Shown: positions 37,171 to 46,707 of the stretch, one piece after another
Layout of the letters: every line of letters begins with the position of its first letter
Numbering within the stretch: the stretch's first letter is position 1
Translations under genes and position numbers: made by a program
Notes under the pieces: generated by a model
The model's database searches: none
What the model was told of the DNA's origin: nothing
The model's input: only the letters and a program-made list of their open reading frames with translations
Origin: Chlamydiota bacterium
GTDB lineage: Bacteria; Chlamydiota; Chlamydiia; Chlamydiales; JABHNK01
Direction: 5' to 3'
Assembly: GCA_051744985.1 (NCBI GenBank)
Contig: JBNJDP010000002.1
Coordinates: 597 to 64,596, forward strand
Length of the DNA: 64,000 bases

Positions 37171-38783
37171 CTACAAAATACATCTTTTTTACAGGTGGGG
37201 TTTCCTCCTCCTTAGGCAAAGGGCTGACTGCAGCATCGATAGCTACGCTATTGGAACAAAAAGGGCTTAAAATTGCTATGCTCAAGCTCGATCCTTACCT
37301 CAATGTTGACCCCGGCACGATGAGTCCTTACCAGCATGGAGAAGTTTATGTTACTGATGACGGCGCAGAAACTGACCTCGACCTTGGCCATTATTATCGT
37401 TATACTTCGTCCCCTCTTTCAAGAGCTTCTAACGCAACCTCTGGTCAAGTTTACGATACTGTCATCAAAAATGAGCGCCGCGGCGATTACTTGGGGAAAA
37501 CTGTTCAGGTTATCCCTCATATTACCAATGAAATTAAAAGGCGCATTCTAGCTTGCGGCAAACAGAAAAAAGATATCGATATAGTCTTTGTCGAGATAGG
37601 CGGCACTGTTGGAGATATTGAGTCACTACCTTTTATGGAAGCTATCAGGCAATTCCGTTGTGAAAGGCCCCAGGATTGCATCAATATCCACCTTACCTAT
37701 GTTCCTTACTTAAAAGCTGCAGGCGAGCTAAAAACCAAGCCCACCCAGCATTCCATCCAGACTTTACGAGGCATAGGGATTTTCCCTGATATTGTAGTAT
37801 GCCGCAGTGAAAGGACGATTTCCAAAGATGTGAAAGATAAGATTGCCCTTTTCTGCAGCGTTGCTAAAGAAGCTGTCTTCGATGCACAAGATGTTAAACA
37901 CACCATCTACGAGTTGCCTATTGAACTTCATAATCAAAATTTAGATAGTTTTATCTGCCAACAACTTAAAGTTGACGACAGAGATATCGATGTCAAAAAA
38001 TGGGAAAATATCTTGGAAGTCTACAAAAAACCTAAAGGAACGGTAACAGTAGGCATTATAGGAAAGTATGTTTCCCATAGCGATGCATATAAGTCTATCT
38101 ACGAAGCTCTGCGCCACGGAGCCCTTGCCGCCGGATACAAGCTTGAGATTAAGTGTTTCGAATCCCATAAACTTGAACACGGTGAAGATATTGGCGAAGT
38201 TATTAAAGGCTGTGATGGTTACTTGGTGCCCGGAGGCTTTGATGGACGTGGATGGCAAGGCAAAGTGTTAACATCAAAATACTGCCGAGAGAATAAAATC
38301 CCTTACTTTGGTATTTGCCTAGGGATGCAAGCGCTGGTCGTCGACTATGCCCGTTACGCTGCCGGCATTACCAACGCAAACTCCACCGAAATGGATGTCG
38401 ACACAGAAGAGCCCGTTATATCCTTGCTAAGCGAGCAAGAAGACGTTACCGATTTGGGAGGCACTATGCGCTTGGGAGCCTATCCTTGTGTTTTAAAAAA
38501 AGGCAGCAAAAGCGCTAAAGCTTATGGGGCACAAAAAGTTTCTGAACGCCACCGCCATCGTTATGAGTTCAATAACAAATATAAAGAAACTCTCGAAAAG
38601 CAAGGGCTTGATTTTACCGGCATATGGGAAGATGGTAGCTTGTGCGAGATTGCTGAAGTCAAAGAACACCCTTGGATGGTAGGCGTGCAGTACCACCCTG
38701 AATTCAAATCTAAACCTCACGATCCCCATCCGCTTTTCCGAGATTTTGTTAAGGCGATGATCGACCATCAACAAGGAAGATAG
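37167..38783 (+). CDS. pyrG: CTP synthase
   Basis: N-terminus KYIFFTGGVSSSLGKG, the glutamine amidotransferase domain GICLGMQ, and HRHRYEFN. Confidence 0.97.
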   Translation: MTTKYIFFTGGVSSSLGKGLTAASIATLLEQKGLKIAMLKLDPYLNVDPGTMSPYQHGEVYVTDDGAETDLDLGHYYRYTSSPLSRASNATSGQVYDTVIKNERRGDYLGKTVQVIPHITNEIKRRILACGKQKKDIDIVFVEIGGTVGDIESLPFMEAIRQFRCERPQDCINIHLTYVPYLKAAGELKTKPTQHSIQTLRGIGIFPDIVVCRSERTISKDVKDKIALFCSVAKEAVFDAQDVKHTIYELPIELHNQNLDSFICQQLKVDDRDIDVKKWENILEVYKKPKGTVTVGIIGKYVSHSDAYKSIYEALRHGALAAGYKLEIKCFESHKLEHGEDIGEVIKGCDGYLVPGGFDGRGWQGKVLTSKYCRENKIPYFGICLGMQALVVDYARYAAGITNANSTEMDVDTEEPVISLLSEQEDVTDLGGTMRLGAYPCVLKKGSKSAKAYGAQKVSERHRHRYEFNNKYKETLEKQGLDFTGIWEDGSLCEIAEVKEHPWMVGVQYHPEFKSKPHDPHPLFRDFVKAMIDHQQGR

Positions 38784-38787
38784 CTTT

Positions 38788-39222
38788 ATGCCCCAAAGAA
38801 TTGTCGGCGTCGATTATGGAAAAGCACGGATAGGGATAGCACTTTCTGACGAAAGCCAGATGCTAGCCAGCGCTTTTAAAACTATTACTGCGGAAAAAGA
38901 TCTTGGGCTGACAGCGAGCAAGTTCCTGACCGCCCTTCAAGATATTCCCTGTGAGATAGGTAAGATTGTCGTAGGCCTTCCTCTGCAGATGAATGGCCAG
39001 CAAGGCACGATGGCCGACGAAGTTCAGAAATTCATCGACCTTCTTCGAGAAAAGAGCGCTATCCCCATTATTGCCTGGGACGAACGTCTTACTACCCTTC
39101 AGGCTACAAGGTCCATGAAAGAAGGTAAGATGTCCCGCAAAAAACGTTCCAAGGTCATCGACGTTATGAGCGCTGTAATAATCCTGCAAAGCTTCTTGGA
39201 CAGCTCAATATCTATGGCATAG
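38788..39222 (+). CDS. ruvX: Holliday-junction resolvase-like nuclease RuvX/YqgF
   Basis: IVGVDYGKARIGIALSD N-terminal motif; 144 aa. Confidence 0.85.
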   Translation: MPQRIVGVDYGKARIGIALSDESQMLASAFKTITAEKDLGLTASKFLTALQDIPCEIGKIVVGLPLQMNGQQGTMADEVQKFIDLLREKSAIPIIAWDERLTTLQATRSMKEGKMSRKKRSKVIDVMSAVIILQSFLDSSISMA

Positions 39223-39300
39223 GATATTGAGCTGTGTTTGACTCTTAATCGCCATTGAGCTAGAAGAGGTAGTAAAGATACAAAAGGTTAAATATTTTAT

Positions 39301-40848
39301 ATGAAAGCTCCCTCTTTTGAAAACCCTTTGGCAGAAGGTATTTTAACTTCTAAGAAGCTCACCCCGTGCATTATGGTAATCTTTGGTGCTACTGGTGATT
39401 TAGCCCACCGCAAGTTAATGCCAGCACTTTATAATCTTGCCATCGAAGACCGACTGCCTTCACAATTTATCTGTGTAGCCTTTGCTCGCCGCCCTAAAGA
39501 TTCAGAAACCTATCGCCAAGAAGTTCGTAATTCTCTCCAAGAGCATTCACGTTCTCAACCTATCGATGAGAAGGTTTGGGAGGAATTTAGCCAGCGCATT
39601 ATCTACCACCAAGCCGAGCTTGACAATCCCGCGGATTATAGCACTTTAAAATCTCTCTTACAGGATATCGACACCCAATATGGAACCCTGGGTAACCGCA
39701 TATATTACTATTCCATCCCTCCTCAATATTTTACGACTGTTACAGAAAATCTTTTCCACCAGAAGCTTATAGTTGATGAGAAGAGGTTTCAAGAGCCATG
39801 GTCACGAGTTATCATCGAAAAGCCTTTTGGTCACGACCTTAACTCAGCATTAGAACTTCAAAATAATTTATCGCGTTTTTTAACGGAGCAGCAGATCTAT
39901 CGTATTGACCATTATCTTGGCAAAGAGACCATTCAAAATCTTTTGGCCTTCCGCTTTGCTAATTCCTTCTTCGAATCACTTTGGAATAATCGTCATGTTG
40001 ACCATGTGCAGATTACAGTTGCTGAAAACCAGGGTGTTGGCAGTCGCGGACCTTTTTGGGAAAAGACAGGGATGTTACGTGATATTGTTCAAAACCATAT
40101 GATGCAGTTGCTATCGCTTATAGCTATGGAGCCACCGGCAAGCTTGACAGGAGACCCTATCCGCGATGAAAAAGTCAAAGTTTTGTATGCTATCCGCCAA
40201 TTTAACGAAGACGCTCTCAAGCATCACGTCGTTAGAGGACAATACTCGTCGGGCTATATCGAAGGAGAAGAAGTCACCAGCTATCGTGAAGAAGATAAAG
40301 TCCTGCCGGAATCCTCTGCCGAGACATATGTAGCCTTAAAACTTTATATCGACAACCTCCGCTGGGCGGGTGTACCTTTTTATCTAAGAAGTGGTAAAAG
40401 GATGGCTAAGAAGGCTACTGAAGTAGCCATAACCTTTAAAAGCATGCCAGCATTTTTATTTCAGCAATTCAATCAAAAACTCGACAACAACGTCTTAGCT
40501 ATCAGGATACAACCTGATGAAGGTATATCTTTAAAGATCAACACCAAAGTTCCTGGCCAAGCTATGGCAATACAACCTGTCAGGATGGATTTTCGCTACG
40601 GCTCATACTTTGGCGCTGCACCTCCTGAAGCTTACGAACGATTGATCTATGATTGTATGATAGGCGACAACACTCTCTTCATCCGCGATGATGAGACCTT
40701 AGCATCATGGAAATTACTTACCCCTATCCTAGAAGATTGGGATAGCCTCTATCCTCAGGAGTTCCCTAACTACTCATCGGGAAGCTGGGGGCCCGAAGCT
40801 GCCGATACGATGATCGCCCGTGATAGCCGTCAATGGAGGTTGATATAA
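39301..40848 (+). CDS. zwf: Glucose-6-phosphate 1-dehydrogenase
   Basis: IFGATGDLAHRKL, EKPFG, RIDHYLGKE. Confidence 0.97.
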   Translation: MKAPSFENPLAEGILTSKKLTPCIMVIFGATGDLAHRKLMPALYNLAIEDRLPSQFICVAFARRPKDSETYRQEVRNSLQEHSRSQPIDEKVWEEFSQRIIYHQAELDNPADYSTLKSLLQDIDTQYGTLGNRIYYYSIPPQYFTTVTENLFHQKLIVDEKRFQEPWSRVIIEKPFGHDLNSALELQNNLSRFLTEQQIYRIDHYLGKETIQNLLAFRFANSFFESLWNNRHVDHVQITVAENQGVGSRGPFWEKTGMLRDIVQNHMMQLLSLIAMEPPASLTGDPIRDEKVKVLYAIRQFNEDALKHHVVRGQYSSGYIEGEEVTSYREEDKVLPESSAETYVALKLYIDNLRWAGVPFYLRSGKRMAKKATEVAITFKSMPAFLFQQFNQKLDNNVLAIRIQPDEGISLKINTKVPGQAMAIQPVRMDFRYGSYFGAAPPEAYERLIYDCMIGDNTLFIRDDETLASWKLLTPILEDWDSLYPQEFPNYSSGSWGPEAADTMIARDSRQWRLI

Positions 40849-40850
40849 TT

Positions 40851-41906
40851 ATGATATCGGAAAATATACGAGAACAGCTCGACACCTTACACTATCAGCA
40901 TGGCAATAGAACCTTCCTTAGTAACCTGATAGTTTATACAGAAAACCCTCAGCGTGAAGCTCACTTCAAAAGCGTTATTGATAAAGTTATCAAAAAATTC
41001 CCTTCACGGGTATTTTTGATCATCATGGATCTCGAAAGTTGCCATAAGAATTTCGATGTTACCGTAGAAGTTAAGACTATCTCTCAGACTAAAGCCTTGT
41101 GTGATGTAACGACGATCAAAGCTTCTGCACACTATCTCTCGCGCATCTCTTATTTACTTCTCCCCTTCTTAATTCCTGATATGCCTGTCAATATCTTTTG
41201 GTCCCAAGATATTCTCAAGCAATGCTGTCTTTTTACTACCTTAAAGAAAGTCGCTAATCGCATCATTTTCGACTCAGAATCTTGTAGTAATATAAGCCAA
41301 TACAGCAAGGCTTTGCTCAGCCACCTGGAAAAAGCTCCCTACGAGCTATGTGAGATTAACTGGATTCGATTAGGCAGCTGGCGCTATGCTTTTACAAGTG
41401 TTTTTTGCTCTGAAGAACGCATAAACGATCTAAAAAAAAGCAAAGATGTTGCCATAAAATACAACGACTCCTCCGGCGAAAATATCTGTAATGCGAAGAT
41501 TATGGCATTATATCTTCAAGCATGGCTAGCTTCTCAGCTGGGATGGGAATATCATTCTTTATCGGTAAAAGATTCGCATACAGTTTTTCATTATCTTAGA
41601 AATGATAAACGTCCGGTAATGATACATTTAATTACTACCCAAGATTCAGCTCTACCATCAGGAACCGTTACCACTTGCAGTATCACGAGCGATGATGATG
41701 TCTTATATGAAATTCATAGAACACCCCACCACCTTAATGTTAACATCTCTTCTCTCCAACAGTGTAAACTCCCCTACAACATGCCTATTACTCATACCAA
41801 CTGGGAACAAACCTTCTTGGTAGATATGCTATACTCTAAAACTAGCAGCCATTATCGCAACATGTTAAAAGTCCTATCGCAAATAGGTGAAAGCACCCAT
41901 GAATAA
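40851..41906 (+). CDS. OpcA-like putative G6PD assembly protein
   Basis: Sits between zwf and pgl. NLIVYTE....FPSRVFLI resembles the NL.V......HPSR motif of OpcA. The ATG at 40851 is preferred over 40833 because ggagg at 40835-40839 precedes it. Confidence 0.5.
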   Translation: MISENIREQLDTLHYQHGNRTFLSNLIVYTENPQREAHFKSVIDKVIKKFPSRVFLIIMDLESCHKNFDVTVEVKTISQTKALCDVTTIKASAHYLSRISYLLLPFLIPDMPVNIFWSQDILKQCCLFTTLKKVANRIIFDSESCSNISQYSKALLSHLEKAPYELCEINWIRLGSWRYAFTSVFCSEERINDLKKSKDVAIKYNDSSGENICNAKIMALYLQAWLASQLGWEYHSLSVKDSHTVFHYLRNDKRPVMIHLITTQDSALPSGTVTTCSITSDDDVLYEIHRTPHHLNVNISSLQQCKLPYNMPITHTNWEQTFLVDMLYSKTSSHYRNMLKVLSQIGESTHE

Positions 41907-42642
41907 AACGTGGAACAAAAAGATCAAACGTTGGGATTCGCGTCGCCAGATAGCTCTTCCTGGCAACTATGAAACGACGGTAGCTTTTTGTGTAGAGCAT
42001 ATATTGGGAATGGCTCAAGAAGCTATCGACGATCATGGCTATTTTGCGATAGCTCTGTCGGGAGGCAGCACCCCTGAGGCTATCTATAGAGCTATAAGCC
42101 ATCATCCCCATGATATTGATTGGTCAAAGACAAAGCTCTTCTGGAGCGATGAACGCGTTGTCCCTCATAATCACCCTGAAAGCAATTATCATATGGCGAT
42201 GAAATCAGGATTAGAACAGCTTCTCTTAAGGTCTGATAATATATTTAGAATGGACACTGAAAAACCTCCTCATCAAGCTGCTGAAGACTATGAGGTTATG
42301 ATTAAAAATCAGTTGATATCAGGGCGGTTTGACCTAGTAATGCTAGGGATGGGAGAAGATGGCCATACGGCCTCTCTTTTCCCGAAAACCAAGGCCCTTA
42401 ACAGCAATAAGTTAGTAGCAGCTAACTATATCCCTAAACTTAAAAGCTGGCGCTTAACACTTACGATGAAAGCTATCAACCAGTCTCATAAGGCAGCTAT
42501 CTATCTTATGGGAAAATCCAAAGCTGCTACTTTTAAAAAAGTCGTCGATGGCCAGGACCTTCCTATTCAAAAGGTAGGCACTCCCCATTCCCCTGCCCTC
42601 TGGATATTAGATGATGCTGCTAACTCCCTTGCCCAACTATAA
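41887..42642 (+). CDS. pgl: 6-phosphogluconolactonase
   Basis: IALSGGSTP, LFWSDERVVP, LGMGEDGHTASLFP. Confidence 0.9.
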   Translation: MKAPMNKTWNKKIKRWDSRRQIALPGNYETTVAFCVEHILGMAQEAIDDHGYFAIALSGGSTPEAIYRAISHHPHDIDWSKTKLFWSDERVVPHNHPESNYHMAMKSGLEQLLLRSDNIFRMDTEKPPHQAAEDYEVMIKNQLISGRFDLVMLGMGEDGHTASLFPKTKALNSNKLVAANYIPKLKSWRLTLTMKAINQSHKAAIYLMGKSKAATFKKVVDGQDLPIQKVGTPHSPALWILDDAANSLAQL

Positions 42643-42707
42643 CAATATTTATAGAAACACTCCACGCACGTAGAGTGTTTCTATACCATTTGTCAAAAAT
42701 AATGGTA

Positions 42708-43901
42708 TTATTTCTTTTTCACCGTCTCTTTTGCAAGATTTTTGCCGTACTCCCGACATTTCTCCAGATCTTCATTTGACGGTTGCCATTTACATGTTAT
42801 AGATTCCTCCAGCACATCGAACTTTGCTTTTTGCAAATTTTCTTTGATCTCACCGATAGCTTTGCCATTCCAGCCATAAGAACCAAATACCGCGCCGATT
42901 TTGTTCTGGAATTTAAGCCCCGTCAAGTCTCGTAAAAGCGGTGAAAGGGAGGGTAACACTCCATCATTGAAGGTAGGTGACCCCACTACAATTGTTTTAG
43001 CTTTAAAAACTTCAACCATCAGATCATTACGGTCACTATGGGAAGCATGAAAAACTTTGTTGGGCACCCCTTCAGCTGTACACCCTTCACTGATAGCATC
43101 TGCCATACGACGGGTTCCATTCCACATTGTATCATAGATTATAAGTACGCTTTCTTCAGGTTCCTGCTCAGCCCATTCCCGGTATTTTTCTACTATCTGC
43201 AAAGGGTTGTCACGCCAAAGCACGCCATGGCTAGGGGCAATCATATCAACAGGAAGGTTAAGGGAGAGCAATTCATCGATCTTACTGATCACTTGCTTGC
43301 TGAAGGGAGTCAGGATATTAACGTAATATTTTAGAGCATGCTCATATAATTCATGCTGGTCAACTTCATCGTTGAAGCGGAACTCTGTAGCATAATGTTG
43401 ACCAAAAGCATCGTTAGGCATGAGTATGTTATCCCCGGTAAGGTAAGTAAACATGCTATCTGGCCAGTGAAGCATAGGGGCTTCTATGAACATCAGATCG
43501 CGACTACCGATATTAATTTTGTCTCCTGTTCCTACTGTCGTCAAAGGCCAGTCTTCGTGGTAATGGCCAGGGATACTCTCTTTCCCACGTTTGGATACCA
43601 CAAGTTGACCATTAGTTGCGTATCGCATAACTTCGGGAAGCGCTCCAGAGTGATCGACTTCCGAATGATTCGCGACTACAATATCAATTTCTGCAGGATC
43701 GATGACTTCCCGTAATTTTTCCATAAACTCTTCCCTGAAGGGCGTCCATACAGTATCAATTAAAACATTCTTTTCATCTTTGATGACATAGGCGTTGTAT
43801 GTTGAACCACGATGTGTAGATAGTTCATCGCCGTGAAACTTCCGTAAACCCCAGTCTATCACACCTACCCAGTAAACGTTCTTAGCTATTTCTGTTATCA
43901 T
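42708..43901 (-). CDS. Flavodiiron protein (FprA-type O2/NO reductase: metallo-beta-lactamase plus flavodoxin domains)
   Basis: NHSEVDHSGALP (H.E.DH diiron motif) and a C-terminal flavodoxin-like domain (VVGSPTFN). The ATG at 43899-43901 follows aggagg; the track start at 43931 is an upstream extension. Confidence 0.85.
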   Translation of the reverse strand: MITEIAKNVYWVGVIDWGLRKFHGDELSTHRGSTYNAYVIKDEKNVLIDTVWTPFREEFMEKLREVIDPAEIDIVVANHSEVDHSGALPEVMRYATNGQLVVSKRGKESIPGHYHEDWPLTTVGTGDKINIGSRDLMFIEAPMLHWPDSMFTYLTGDNILMPNDAFGQHYATEFRFNDEVDQHELYEHALKYYVNILTPFSKQVISKIDELLSLNLPVDMIAPSHGVLWRDNPLQIVEKYREWAEQEPEESVLIIYDTMWNGTRRMADAISEGCTAEGVPNKVFHASHSDRNDLMVEVFKAKTIVVGSPTFNDGVLPSLSPLLRDLTGLKFQNKIGAVFGSYGWNGKAIGEIKENLQKAKFDVLEESITCKWQPSNEDLEKCREYGKNLAKETVKKK

Positions 43902-44105
43902 AATCTCTCCTCCTGATATATCGTTTAACAATTATATCGATATAAAAACCAGCTTCGATATCTATCTTTTGAAGATGGCATTTATCAACATTTTGTTCCA
44001 GCACGTTCTTGGAAAGACAGCTGATCTTATGACATACAGCCTTTTAGTTAGTAGGGCTCCCGACCTTAGCTATACTTTCAACTGGTGGTTTATGCAATAT
44101 TTTTT

Positions 44106-46598
44106 TTAAAGAAAAGGGCGATGAATTAAATTCCCCACCTGAAGCTTAAAAGTACCTTTATGGTATTCACGAGTTAAAGCTGCATCACTATGATGATAAA
44201 CGGTTAAGCCTGGCAAGGATTGAATATCCCCTTGGTATTTTTCTCCGGGAATAGCATTAGATATTAAAGGGATTTTCAAATCTTGAGAGCGCTGCCTAGC
44301 CATCTTTAATAGCTCCTCCCGCAAGCCTTGTTGAACATGTCCTACGTTATACTCTTTTTCTAAAAAAAGCAGGGGCTGCTTAGTTTTATTATCCCAAAGA
44401 AGGCGCAAAAAGTGCCTAGCGACAATCCTACCACTGGAGTCTTTAGCAGCGATCATTCTATTTTGCCCATTAAGCAAATAACCTAACAAAAATTGAGAAC
44501 TTCTAGGAGCATTGTGCACTGACTGGCAGCTATTACCAACTTCGGTGGTGCTCATCAAAAGATCCTGAGGATCATCGGTATCGACCACCTGCCACTTCTG
44601 ATAGTCATAGCAGGCTCCTTTACGCCATTCTGCCTCTAGTTGCGGGCGTCCTTCAAAAATGAGTGCCAAATGTGAACTCTTTGATTTATCATAACGTAAA
44701 TCATGGAAGTAGCCTCCAGCAACACTGTTAACGAAGAGGTTTAAATCGTTTAAAGCCTGACGATCACCATGCTTTAAATTAGCATGAAAAATCATTAAGG
44801 CTGTACGGTCACGAAAATTTCCAAAAGTATCGTTAAATTTATCCTTGAAATCAGGAATGGTAGGCTGGAATTTAGCATTTAGCATTTCTAAAACATAAGA
44901 CTCTAACCCTTTTTGAGGGTGGTTGAGCAGCCCCTTAACTTCCCCGCTATGCATCAAAGCTATTAAAGCTTTAAGTGTTTTCAAGATCTGCGACTTATCA
45001 TGAACCTGCCCTTCCCTCTCCTCTAAAACTAACTGTATCAAAGAAGACTTTTCATGGGAGCTTAATACCGTCGTAACCGCTAATGCTTTTAGCGCACTGA
45101 TAAGGATCAAGCTATTATTTTTATTCTTAAAATCATGTTTGGCAGGGATCACCACTTGTTCCCAGAAATCTTGACACCCTTCAACACCTTCTATCTCTAA
45201 GCTGCTTAAAAGCATCGCTGGCAATAAACGCTCTGGTCGCCGGCTATTCTTACAGTATCTGTCTACATTAAGGATGAATTCAGGTTTACAAGCTCCTCTA
45301 AGTAACAATTCTGTCAGATCCTCCCGTAAATCAGGTTGGCGACAGGAACGTAAAATATCAAAAAAACCTTTTTCTGAAAGTCGAGAGAGCGCCTTATCAT
45401 CGGACCGGTAGACAGACAATCTAAAAGCAAAATTATAAGACCACTTTTCTAAGCCAGCGCGCCTAAAATCATCCTTGATTTCGCCAATCGAGGCCCTTTG
45501 TTGATCTACGATAGACTTAGCCATAGGTGAAAGGTTCAAACAATCAAATTTAATGTTCTGCTCACTATAATTTGCGTAATAAAAGGTATTCAGGTCTTCT
45601 AAGAGCGTTGTTTTTTGATGATGTTGAGCAGATTTAAAAGCTTGCTGAAAGATGGAATGGACAACCTCTACACCAAGGTTTGTAAATTTATGAAGCTGAG
45701 AAGATACTCCCAAGGGATAAGCCTTAGAAGCCAACTTTAGAATTTCAAGTAAAAGACGGTATCCTTCATCTTGAGAAGGGTCAATCCTAAAATGCATAAG
45801 GTAAAATACGATCCCTTGGGGATCATTCTGAGCGGCCACCCATGCAATCTCTCGTAATGCTTGTTGCCCTTCATCACTGTGTAAACAAGGAACATACTTT
45901 ATAATATGTTCGGCGACGACCTCCCCTCCTCGAATAGCGGCAAGTTTAGCTATTTCCACTAGCTCTTTAGGCTGAGGATCGGCAATGAAATTATCAAGAA
46001 AAAAAGTAACGGCTTCTCCATCATACCAAGCAACTTTTTTAGTCACCTCCAAACAATCTTCACGAGAGAGCCGCTCAAATAACCTAAAGTTTTCTGCTAG
46101 CAATTGAGGCTCTTGCTCTGCAGCTATAAGAGCCAAATTTTTAAGACATTCTTGCCCTTTAGGAGTAGTATAGTCGATGCCGAAGCTATCAAGATGGTAA
46201 ATTAAAGTTTCACTATCCTCTTGAGCCACAATGACAGCTATTTCCATTAAAGCCTTTTGAGAGGTGATAGCATAATTATCAATATTTTCAACCAGCTCCT
46301 CAGGATAGTAATACGCTTGCTGTTTAGCCTCTATTACTAATCTGTGAATACTACTTTGGTGCGTTTGCAGCCCTGTAGCTTTGGGCATGATAGCATTCCA
46401 CAGCCTAAGGTTAGGGATCTTAGTGAAAAAAAGCTCTATAAGTTGACGAGGTTTTGTTCTGGGCGGCGAGGCCTGCTCTTGAACGACTCCCAAGGGATTT
46501 CCCTCAGCTTTACATGTAGCGCTAGAAGATGAAATTGGCATAAAATTAGCATTCCTTAACTTTTGGGGCATAATGATAACCCATTCCAAGATAAACAT
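44106..46598 (-). CDS. Large hypothetical repeat protein with a conserved-Cys C-terminal domain of unknown function
   Basis: 830 aa. The N-terminal half has about five ~37-aa repeats of type (L/I)A.(I/V)AAQ.(D/E)P..L......F.I. The C-terminal ~155 aa contain TTEVGNSCQS...GRIVARHFLRLLWD. No family recognised. Confidence 0.6.
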   Translation of the reverse strand: MFILEWVIIMPQKLRNANFMPISSSSATCKAEGNPLGVVQEQASPPRTKPRQLIELFFTKIPNLRLWNAIMPKATGLQTHQSSIHRLVIEAKQQAYYYPEELVENIDNYAITSQKALMEIAVIVAQEDSETLIYHLDSFGIDYTTPKGQECLKNLALIAAEQEPQLLAENFRLFERLSREDCLEVTKKVAWYDGEAVTFFLDNFIADPQPKELVEIAKLAAIRGGEVVAEHIIKYVPCLHSDEGQQALREIAWVAAQNDPQGIVFYLMHFRIDPSQDEGYRLLLEILKLASKAYPLGVSSQLHKFTNLGVEVVHSIFQQAFKSAQHHQKTTLLEDLNTFYYANYSEQNIKFDCLNLSPMAKSIVDQQRASIGEIKDDFRRAGLEKWSYNFAFRLSVYRSDDKALSRLSEKGFFDILRSCRQPDLREDLTELLLRGACKPEFILNVDRYCKNSRRPERLLPAMLLSSLEIEGVEGCQDFWEQVVIPAKHDFKNKNNSLILISALKALAVTTVLSSHEKSSLIQLVLEEREGQVHDKSQILKTLKALIALMHSGEVKGLLNHPQKGLESYVLEMLNAKFQPTIPDFKDKFNDTFGNFRDRTALMIFHANLKHGDRQALNDLNLFVNSVAGGYFHDLRYDKSKSSHLALIFEGRPQLEAEWRKGACYDYQKWQVVDTDDPQDLLMSTTEVGNSCQSVHNAPRSSQFLLGYLLNGQNRMIAAKDSSGRIVARHFLRLLWDNKTKQPLLFLEKEYNVGHVQQGLREELLKMARQRSQDLKIPLISNAIPGEKYQGDIQSLPGLTVYHHSDAALTREYHKGTFKLQVGNLIHRPFL

Positions 46599-46707
46599 AA
46601 AGCATTGACTACGAGATACCTAGAGCAACCTACTTAATAGAAGCTATTATTTAATAACTTCTTATGGTAGCCTTTTTATTCCGAAAAAATAACCCCCTCC
46701 CTTTAAA

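Noticed and set aside
38315-38518. Arg-rich 67-aa ORF and other overlapping ORFs inside pyrG, zwf, rnr and the flavodiiron gene
   Set aside because: These are alternative-frame artefacts of confidently assigned genes.
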